Shown piece after piece: positions 57,876-63,597 of a DNA stretch of 64,000 nucleotides (positions within the stretch are counted from its first letter, which is position 1; every line of letters begins with the position of its first letter). The notes beneath the pieces are model-generated. The model searched no databases. It saw nothing but the letters and a program-made list of their open reading frames with translations, and had not been told where the DNA came from. This DNA is from a virus: IMG/VR virus record IMGVR_UViG_3300038468_000223, positions 41,512 through 105,511 of that record; one strand, given 5' to 3'. The translations under genes were made by a program, and so were the position numbers.

Positions 57876-57945
57876 GGTGAACGAAGGTATCTGGTGATGC
57901 CGGCAGGTCGTGACCTTAGGCGGGTTCGATCCCCGTCGTTCACCC
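57876..57945 (+). tRNA. tRNA-His(GTG), short or degenerate variable region
   Basis: G-1:C73, loop TCGTGAC. Confidence 0.65.
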
Positions 57946-58056
57946 TGGGTAGCTGCGAACCCGATGAGAGACCGAACGCCGAAGTTGCCTGATCAGCCCT
58001 TCGCTCGGGGCGACCCTCGGTTGCGACCTCGCAAGTAGCAGCGCCCTCCCCTCTTC

Positions 58057-58132
58057 CTCCGGGTCCGGGTGGACTGTTCCCGGCTCGCGTCTCCTAAGCG
58101 CGCTGCGAAGGGTTCGATTCCCTTCCCGGAGA
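58057..58132 (+). tRNA. tRNA-Arg(CCT)
   Basis: Loop CTCCTAA. Confidence 0.8.
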
Positions 58133-58140
58133 CTTCAACT

Positions 58141-58215
58141 GCCTCGTGATGCGACCGGTGTCGCAGTTCCGCTGTCTACGGAGTGAGACGGGTTCGATTC
58201 CCGTACGAGGCGCCA
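58141..58215 (+). tRNA. tRNA-Asp(GTC)
   Basis: Loop CTGTCTA, G73-CCA. Confidence 0.85.
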
Positions 58216-58216
58216 C

Positions 58217-58284
58217 AGGTCCGCGCACTGGGTGCAACACGGTTTCCAAGTCCGTGGAAGAGGGTTCGAATCCTTCCGGATCTG
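58217..58284 (+). tRNA. tRNA-Trp(CCA)
   Basis: AGG acceptor, G73, loop TTCCAAG, minimal D arm. Confidence 0.7.
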
Positions 58285-58285
58285 C

Positions 58286-58359
58286 GGGGGCGTCGTCCAA
58301 CGGGAGGACTGCTGCCTTGCAAGCAGCAAATGCCAGTTCGATTCTGGCCGTCTCCACCA
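58286..58359 (+). tRNA. tRNA-Ala(TGC)
   Basis: G3:U70, loop CTTGCAA, CCA. Confidence 0.9.
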
Positions 58360-58362
58360 TCT

Positions 58363-58436
58363 GCCGGCTTCTTCTGGCGAGGCGTCGTCCTTGGTATGGA
58401 CGCACGAGGCGAATTCAACTCTCGCAGCCGGCTCCA
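58363..58436 (+). tRNA. tRNA-Thr(GGT)
   Basis: Loop TTGGTAT, CCA. Confidence 0.75.
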
Positions 58437-58438
58437 GT

Positions 58439-58510
58439 GCCAGTTTTGTCTTGGAGACGAGGCGGTTTTGTACCTCGTCTGAGCGCGTTCGACTCGCGCA
58501 CTTGGCTCCA
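58439..58510 (+). tRNA. tRNA-Thr(TGT)
   Basis: Loop TTTGTAC, CCA. Confidence 0.7.
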
Positions 58511-58511
58511 C

Positions 58512-58584
58512 GCGAGCATGGTGTATTGGTGCATGCAGGTCTTCAAACCTTGCGGTGCCCGTTCGAATCGGGTTGCTCGCTCCA
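58512..58584 (+). tRNA. Gly-type tRNA body with TCA anticodon (possible opal suppressor)
   Basis: GCG acceptor, U73-CCA, loop CTTCAAA. Confidence 0.65.
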
Positions 58585-58608
58585 GAGTTCGATATTATCG
58601 TTCGCTCC

Positions 58609-59097
58609 ATGGGCTACGATGACAAAGAAAAACAACGTGCATATCAGTTGGCCTGGCTGCAAAGACGCCGTCTGAAGTGGCTAGAACAAAACGGCCCGTG
58701 CACTGTGTGCGGTTCGACAAAGGATCTTGAAGTAGATCACATCAACCCCAATACGAAGGTCGATCATAAGGTATGGGGCTGGTCCGAGAAACGACGTTCA
58801 AAGGAGTTGGCTAAATGCCAAGTTCTTTGTGCCGAATGCCACCAGAAAAAGACGTCGGCCCATGCACGTAGTCTGGTGCGACACGGGACATCTACTATGT
58901 ACGACAGAATCGGTTGTAGATGCTTCAAATGTCGAGCGTACAAATCGGCGGTGAACAAACGACGATACGAGCCCGAACCATCCGGTGATGGGCGCGGTCT
59001 GCAAAACCGCGAGCGATCGGTTCGACACCGATCGGGCTCTCCAGCTCGAGGTCTTCTTGAGCAACTGCGGAGGACGTCCGCCGGGAAGGCTGCGTAA
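58609..59097 (+). CDS. HNH endonuclease inside tRNA array
   Basis: CTVCG...LEVDHINP...KCQVLCAECH, HGT..MY...CRC..C; lower GC. Confidence 0.85.
   Translation: MGYDDKEKQRAYQLAWLQRRRLKWLEQNGPCTVCGSTKDLEVDHINPNTKVDHKVWGWSEKRRSKELAKCQVLCAECHQKKTSAHARSLVRHGTSTMYDRIGCRCFKCRAYKSAVNKRRYEPEPSGDGRGLQNRERSVRHRSGSPARGLLEQLRRTSAGKAA
58969..59043 (+). tRNA. tRNA-Cys(GCA)
   Basis: Loop CTGCAAA, U73-CCA. Confidence 0.85.
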
Positions 59098-59193
59098 CCC
59101 CGTTACTGCGTGCAGCGCCCAGCGTCTCGGGTGAGCGGAGACGCTGATCGAAGCAAGGCCGGGCTTCGGAAGGTTCGATCCCTTCCTCGATCA
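59044..59193 (+). ncRNA. tRNA-like RNA with large structured insertion
   Basis: T arm GAAGG-TTCGATC-CCTTC; acceptor-like pairing; internal hairpins. Confidence 0.5.
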
Positions 59194-59196
59194 TCT

Positions 59197-59264
59197 GCCC
59201 CCGCTAGTGGATGGGTGGCGGTCCTCTAAACCGCACAACGCAGGTTCGACTCCTGCCGGGGGCG
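59197..59264 (+). tRNA. tRNA-Arg(TCT)
   Basis: GCGGT-CCTCTAA-ACCGC. Confidence 0.7.
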
Positions 59265-59294
59265 CCGAGTTGACAGGAGGTCTGTCAGCTCACA

Positions 59295-59340
59295 GCGGGT
59301 GTCGAGAAGTTGACCGGCTGCTGGAGCCGTACCCGCACCA
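59295..59340 (+). pseudogene. tRNA remnant or minihelix (Gly-like acceptor, ACCA end)
   Basis: GCGGGTG/TACCCGC-ACCA with a single inner stem. Confidence 0.5.
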
Positions 59341-59346
59341 GCACTC

Positions 59347-59418
59347 TTCTCTGTCCGGGCGGACTCCCGGCGCGAGCCTCCGAAGCTCGCCGTTGCGGTT
59401 CGACTCCGCACAGAGAGA
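59347..59418 (+). tRNA. tRNA-Arg(CCG)
   Basis: Loop CTCCGAA. Confidence 0.8.
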
Positions 59419-59424
59419 CTTCTT

Positions 59425-59494
59425 CTCCCCACCAGCGGACCTGGCGCCGAGGCTACGAACCTTGGTTGCGGTGGTTCAACTCCATCTGGGGAGA
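59425..59494 (+). tRNA. tRNA-Arg(ACG)
   Basis: Loop CTACGAA. Confidence 0.8.
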
Positions 59495-59495
59495 C

Positions 59496-59569
59496 CGCGG
59501 GAAGGGTCGTCCTAGCTCCCAACGAAGGCTCATAACCTTCGCCAGGCCGGTGCAACACGGCTCCCGCAA
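59496..59569 (+). tRNA. tRNA-Met(CAT), initiator-like
   Basis: C1xA72 mismatch, loop CTCATAA. Confidence 0.7.
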
Positions 59570-59570
59570 C

Positions 59571-59628
59571 GCACGTGTGGCGAAAGGCATACGCAGACGG
59601 TCTCAAAAACCGTTGCCGAAAGGCGCTC
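59571..59628 (+). pseudogene. tRNA-Leu(CAA) lacking T arm and 3' acceptor strand
   Basis: 5' half with ACGGT-CTCAAAA-ACCGT and variable arm, then runs into tRNA-Val. Confidence 0.65.
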
Positions 59629-59700
59629 GCGCGGCTCGCCGTCTGGTGACGGCACCGGCGTGACACGCCGGCGAGGCGGGTTCGATCCCCGCGCTGCGCA
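59629..59700 (+). tRNA. tRNA-Val(GAC)
   Basis: Loop GTGACAC, A73. Confidence 0.8.
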
Positions 59701-59702
59701 CC

Positions 59703-59756
59703 GGGGGCTCGAAGACAGTAAGTCCTTTTCGGCATCCTCTTCGCGTCCCCCGACCA
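59703..59756 (+). pseudogene. tRNA-Ala(GGC)-like remnant
   Basis: GGGGGC...CGTCCCCC ends, TCGGCAT, no T arm. Confidence 0.4.
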
Positions 59757-59829
59757 CGAAGCGGTAAGGGCTGGTCGCCCTACGGCGTCTGATAAGCGCC
59801 GCGCTCAGGTTCGATTCCTGCCGCTTCGA
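59757..59829 (+). tRNA. tRNA-Ile(GAT), 8/4 acceptor/T-stem fold
   Basis: CGAAGCGG/CCGCTTCG, T stem CAGG/CCTG, loop CTGATAA. Confidence 0.75.
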
Positions 59830-59857
59830 CCCCATCCATGCTACGAAAGCGAAGACC

Positions 59858-60379
59858 ATGAACTGCCTCGTCCTCCTGCCGTGGATGGCCCCTCACCGCT
59901 CGATCGACTGGACCGAGGCGGTGACGCTCGTCTTCCTCGGCAAGGCGGACGTGCTCGAGGAGTACGAGGCGACCGTCAGCTCGCCGTCGACGACGATCCG
60001 ACTCCCCGCGGTCCTGCAACTGAAGAAGCACGTCGTCCGCAACAAGAAGGACGTGAAGTTCTCGCGCGCGAACGTCTACCAGCGCGACGACCACCGCTGC
60101 CAGTACTGTGGGACGCGCAAGCCGGTCTCGGGGCTCAACTACGACCACGTCCTGCCGCGCTCGCGCGGCGGCAAGACGACGTGGGAGAACATCGCCACCT
60201 CGTGCGTCGCGTGCAACCTGAAGAAGGACAACCGCACGCCGGAGGAGGCGGGGATGAGGCTCCTGCGCAAGCCGACCAAGCCCCGGTCCCTGCCGCTCGT
60301 GAGCGTCTTCGCGCTCCCGAAGCACGTGCCCGAGCAGTGGCTCCCGTACTTGAACGCGACCACGGAGGCTGTCGGATGA
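59858..60379 (+). CDS. HNH endonuclease (tRNA-array-associated type)
   Basis: FSRANVYQRD..RCQYCG, DHVLPRSRGG..TWEN...SC..CN.KK.NRTPEEAGM. Confidence 0.92.
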   Translation: MNCLVLLPWMAPHRSIDWTEAVTLVFLGKADVLEEYEATVSSPSTTIRLPAVLQLKKHVVRNKKDVKFSRANVYQRDDHRCQYCGTRKPVSGLNYDHVLPRSRGGKTTWENIATSCVACNLKKDNRTPEEAGMRLLRKPTKPRSLPLVSVFALPKHVPEQWLPYLNATTEAVG

Positions 60380-60561
60380 CGAAAATCCTGTCCCGAACGT
60401 CATTTCGCCTCTCGAAGTACGCCATCATCGGCGTCGACCCCTCCGTCGCCGCCCCCGACACCACCCACACGTGGACCCTCGTCGTTCTTGGCCGATCGCG
60501 AGAGGTCGCCGCGAGCAACGACCGCGAAGCGATCGAAGCCGCATGGCGCTTGATGAATGTC

Positions 60562-60643
60562 GGAGAGTGAACCGCGCGGGCGGACCTGCTTGGAACGCAG
60601 CGTGGCGCCGCAAGGCGCTCCGGATCGAGACCGGCTCTCTCCT
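60562..60643 (+). tRNA. tRNA-Ser(GGA), 8/4 type
   Basis: Long variable arm; T stem CCGG/CCGG, T loop ATCGAGA. Confidence 0.75.
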
Positions 60644-60655
60644 CTCGCTTGACTT

Positions 60656-60742
60656 GGAGGGTTGGCCGAGCGGCAAGGCTCCGGCGTTGAATACCGGTGA
60701 CGACGCGCGAGCGTCGCGGGGGTTCGATCCACCCACCCTCCT
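60656..60742 (+). tRNA. tRNA-Ser(TGA)
   Basis: Loop GTTGAAT, long variable arm. Confidence 0.8.
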
Positions 60743-60749
60743 CTCTCTT

Positions 60750-60835
60750 GGAAGACGAACCGGTCAGGCGACCGGACCTGTTTCGAAAACAGAGTGCGCC
60801 CGCAAGGGCGCGGGGATCGAGACCTCCGTCTTCCT
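60750..60835 (+). tRNA. tRNA-Ser(CGA), 8/4 type
   Basis: GGAAGACG/CGTCTTCC. Confidence 0.8.
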
Positions 60836-60840
60836 CCCGT

Positions 60841-60924
60841 GGAAGCTGAACTCGCGATGGAGCGAGGCCTCCCTGCTAAGGAGTGCGCGGGTAACACCGT
60901 GCGGATCGTGACCGCCAGCTTCCT
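60841..60924 (+). tRNA. tRNA-Ser(GCT), 8/4 type
   Basis: GGAAGCTG/CAGCTTCC. Confidence 0.8.
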
Positions 60925-60928
60925 CTAC

Positions 60929-61001
60929 GCCGGGGTAGTTCAGTCGGCAGAACGCGAGCCTTTGAAGCTCGATGTCGCCGGTTCGAGTCCGGCACCCGGT
61001 A
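60929..61001 (+). tRNA. tRNA with TTG anticodon (Gln by anticodon; body looks Phe/Thr-like)
   Basis: CGAGC-CTTTGAA-GCTCG, GCC start, A73. Confidence 0.75.
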
Positions 61002-61002
61002 C

Positions 61003-61257
61003 CTAGACGCGGCGCAGGTGGCTCGCGCGATGAGATCTCGGAGTGCGCGGCTTCTTGCGAGCCACAGCGTCCTTCTCCTCCTCGACGTACGCCGCCTTGT
61101 CGAGCACCGACGCGATGGTCGTGAGGCTGTCCCTGATCGTCTGGATCGACGGCCCGTCGTCCGGGATGCGCAGCCACTTGAGGAACTTCTTCGACATGTG
61201 GACGTCGAAGGTGTCCTCGGACGAGCTGGTGATGCTGAACAAGATCTCGTCGGCCAT
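61003..61257 (-). CDS. Hypothetical protein
   Basis: MADEILFSITS... real part of track ORF. Confidence 0.5.
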   Translation of the reverse strand: MADEILFSITSSSEDTFDVHMSKKFLKWLRIPDDGPSIQTIRDSLTTIASVLDKAAYVEEEKDAVARKKPRTPRSHRASHLRRV

Positions 61258-61333
61258 GGGGGCGAAACGTAACCAGCGTCGAACGCCGAGCAAGCGCTGA
61301 ACGACGAGGGGCACAGGTGGCGGCGGGGCTCGG

Positions 61334-61648
61334 CTAGGAGGGGACGTCTGCCGGTCGGTACCCGGCCGCGATGAGGGCGTCGATGCGGGCCCACATTTTC
61401 TGGAGCGCCTCGTTCTCCGTGGTTCCGGTTGTCTCGATCTTTTCCTTCGTGCCGTTTGGGCTAAAGCCGTACGTGAACACTCTCGGAGGTTCGTCCTGCC
61501 CGGACCACGAAGTGGTCGCGTACCACCCGCGGTACTTGTACCCCCCGAACAGGCCCGGGAGCGGATCCTTCGACCAGCGGTAAAATTCGAGCGTGATCCA
61601 TACGAGCGCGATCCCGGCACCCACCCTGACCAGCGTCTTGGGGTTCAT
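61334..61648 (-). CDS. Small TM protein (MNP start) with RGW module
   Basis: ATGA overlap; YKYRGW...RIDALIA. Confidence 0.65.
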   Translation of the reverse strand: MNPKTLVRVGAGIALVWITLEFYRWSKDPLPGLFGGYKYRGWYATTSWSGQDEPPRVFTYGFSPNGTKEKIETTGTTENEALQKMWARIDALIAAGYRPADVPS

Positions 61649-62373
61649 GCCGCCCTCGCGAGGATCTTGTCGATGTGGTTCTTGGCGCCGACGACGGCGC
61701 GCTCGCGCGTCCTGTCGCAGATGGCCGTGGCCGCCGGCCGGAAGCGCGAGAGGCGCAGGACCCCGCCGTAGTCGGCGCAGAACCCGCCGTCGGTCTGGTG
61801 GACGTGGATGGGGACCCCGCGGTGGGTGACCGTGGAGTCGTACTTGACCGGGTTCGTGACCTCGTACGCCGGCCGGGCGTAGGCCGAGCGCGGCCTGGTC
61901 ATGAGCCAGACGAGCCCGACGATCGCCGTTGCCGCGGCCACCGCGAGCAGGAGCGTCCCGCCGCCGCCGGCGCTCGCCGGCGGCGCGGGCTCCGGAGGGG
62001 GCTGCGCGGGGCCGGCGGGGCTGTACCAGACCGCCAGCGGCCCGTACATGAGCGTCCCGTCGTAGTCGGGCAGCGTGGCCGGCTTGGCGTCCTTCCAGTT
62101 GGCGATGACCTTCAGGGCGATCGGCGGCGTCGGCGCGTTCTGGAGGGTCCCCAGCTTCGCCGCGAGCCCGGCGACCGCGGTCGCCATCTCGGGCGGCGGC
62201 GCGCCGGTGCTCACGACCTGCCAGCCACGCTGCTCGAGGTAGGCCTGCACCCACACGTCGTTGGTCTTGACCCCTCCCACCTCGCCCGGCGCGACGAGCG
62301 CGAAGAGGTAGCGGCCGCCGGGCGTGAGCGCGCGCGAGGCGAGGGGGGACCAGTAGGGTTCGAGGCTTGCCAT
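61645..62373 (-). CDS. TM protein with TNP-linked RGW-type module
   Basis: TM, VTNP, HRGV...HIDKILARA. Confidence 0.7.
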   Translation of the reverse strand: MASLEPYWSPLASRALTPGGRYLFALVAPGEVGGVKTNDVWVQAYLEQRGWQVVSTGAPPPEMATAVAGLAAKLGTLQNAPTPPIALKVIANWKDAKPATLPDYDGTLMYGPLAVWYSPAGPAQPPPEPAPPASAGGGGTLLLAVAAATAIVGLVWLMTRPRSAYARPAYEVTNPVKYDSTVTHRGVPIHVHQTDGGFCADYGGVLRLSRFRPAATAICDRTRERAVVGAKNHIDKILARAA

Positions 62374-62387
62374 GTAGCAAGCCTACA

Positions 62388-62774
62388 TCAGTGCTTTGAG
62401 CAAATCCAACCCGCAGCGGTTTGGCGCCATCCTCGATAGATCGCCAGCTCCGAATTGAACTCGCCGTGTTTGGGCGGAAGTCGTTCGGTGTGTTTGCACT
62501 GAGCGCAAACGATCTCGTCGTCGATGCCGCGGAGACGGCGGTTCTGCACGAACAGCTCCGTGCACCGCGCCTGCGTGTGGGTCAGGTTCTCGAGCGCGGC
62601 CGCCTCACCGTTGAGCGCGACGCGCAGCGCGCGCTTGATGGCGTCGAGCTGGTCGAGGACCTCGATCTGGCGCGCGTGCGCCTCGGACAAGGCCTTCTCG
62701 AGCCGCTCGCGCGCGGTGGCGGCGACGGCGAGGGCCTCCTCGAGCCGCGAGACGTGGCCGCCGACCTCGTTCAC
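62388..62774 (-). CDS. Coiled-coil/Zn-ribbon hypothetical protein
   Basis: GTGA overlap; CAQC...RGW...WICSKH. Confidence 0.5.
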   Translation of the reverse strand: MNEVGGHVSRLEEALAVAATARERLEKALSEAHARQIEVLDQLDAIKRALRVALNGEAAALENLTHTQARCTELFVQNRRLRGIDDEIVCAQCKHTERLPPKHGEFNSELAIYRGWRQTAAGWICSKH

Positions 62775-63205
62775 GGCTTCGGTCGCTCCACGTCGATGCC
62801 GAGCCGGAAGGAGGCCTCGCGGACGCGCTGGTCGTCGCGGTAGGTCTCGCCGTAGACGACCCGCTTGACGCCGGCGTTCGCCAGCATCTTGAAGCACGCC
62901 CAGCACGGGAAGTGCGTCACGTACGCCGTGGCCCCCTCGACGCGGTTGCCGACGCGCGCGGCGGCGACGACCGCGTTCACCTCGGCGTGGATGGTGCGCA
63001 CGCAGTGGTTGTCGACGACGTCGTGGCCCACGACGTCGCAGTGCGGCTCGCCCCGGATGCTGCCGTTGTAGCCCGTCGCCACGATGCTGTGGGTGTCCGG
63101 CTGGACCAGGACGCACCCGACGTGGGCGCGGTCGCAGGTCGCGCGCGAGGACACCTCGTGCGCGATCTTCAGGAAGTACTCGTCCCAGCTCGCTCGCTTC
63201 TCCAT
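62771..63205 (-). CDS. dCMP deaminase
   Basis: R.SWDEYF, RATC.R..VG, ATGYNG, HAEVNA, PCWAC. Confidence 0.95.
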   Translation of the reverse strand: MEKRASWDEYFLKIAHEVSSRATCDRAHVGCVLVQPDTHSIVATGYNGSIRGEPHCDVVGHDVVDNHCVRTIHAEVNAVVAAARVGNRVEGATAYVTHFPCWACFKMLANAGVKRVVYGETYRDDQRVREASFRLGIDVERPKP

Positions 63206-63210
63206 CCCCC

Positions 63211-63543
63211 TCACTCCTCGACTTCCTCTTCTTCTTCCTCTTCGGCCTCCTCCTCCTCCTCCTCCTCCTCCTCCTCCTCCTCCTCCTCCTCCTCGGCCCC
63301 CTCTTCGGCGGCGCCCTCCTCCTCCTCCTCCTCCTCTTCCTCTTCTTCCGGCGCCGACGCCTCGGCCCAGCGCTTCGGCAGCTCACCGCCGTCCTTGAGG
63401 TGCTTGTCGAGGTCGAGGACGAGCTGCGCCAGCTCCGCGCAGTCGTCGGGATCCAGCTCCTCCTCGCTGAGGATGTGGCGCGCGAAGTGGCGCTGCAGGC
63501 GGAGGTTGCGATCGGGGGTCAGCTCTGGGTTTCGTCGACTCAT
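63211..63543 (-). CDS. Small protein with poly-Glu tail
   Basis: MSRRNP...LAQLVLDLDKHL..GG.LP..W then poly-E. Confidence 0.65.
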   Translation of the reverse strand: MSRRNPELTPDRNLRLQRHFARHILSEEELDPDDCAELAQLVLDLDKHLKDGGELPKRWAEASAPEEEEEEEEEEEGAAEEGAEEEEEEEEEEEEEEEEAEEEEEEEVEE

Positions 63544-63597
63544 TGTTGGACGAGTGTACAGCAAGAGCGTGCGGGAGCCCAATGGTAGACTGAGCGC

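Larger units (their letters stand above)
931..61317. repeat. Dispersed bipartite motif GAACGWYGRGG-N2-4-CAC(W)GG, 16 copies
   Basis: Plus strand: 1498, 11639, 20515, 26721, 39492, 51874, 61299. Minus strand: 931, 8657, 13730, 21088, 27872, 39472, 45779, 53528, 60468. Confidence 0.85.

Noticed and set aside
57931-57941. Extra copy of the dispersed motif in tRNA-His
   Set aside because: Only the 11-mer half is present, with no CAC part, and it is constrained by tRNA pairing
57947-58046. Hammerhead ribozyme (CCGATGAG resembles CUGAUGAG)
   Set aside because: Core mismatch and no properly placed GAAA/NUH; kept only as an unknown structured RNA
58512-58584. Genome-wide UGA recoding or tRNA-Sec
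   Set aside because: Conserved genes end normally at TGA, often with ATGA overlaps; the tRNA lacks the long Sec variable arm
59044-59193. tmRNA
   Set aside because: Too short, no G3:U70, no tag ORF
59197-59264. Amber suppressor reading (CTCTAAA)
   Set aside because: Stem GCGGT/ACCGC fixes the loop as CCTCTAA, giving anticodon TCT (Arg)
56378-61006. Short ORFs over the tRNA array
   Set aside because: They overlap tRNA genes; only the two HNH genes and the leader peptide are credible, and 60376-60570 is uncertain
931-61317. CRISPR array or Cas4-based CRISPR system
   Set aside because: Repeats are dispersed kilobases apart without spacers; 5603-6754 is a stand-alone phage PD-(D/E)xK nuclease with no other cas genes
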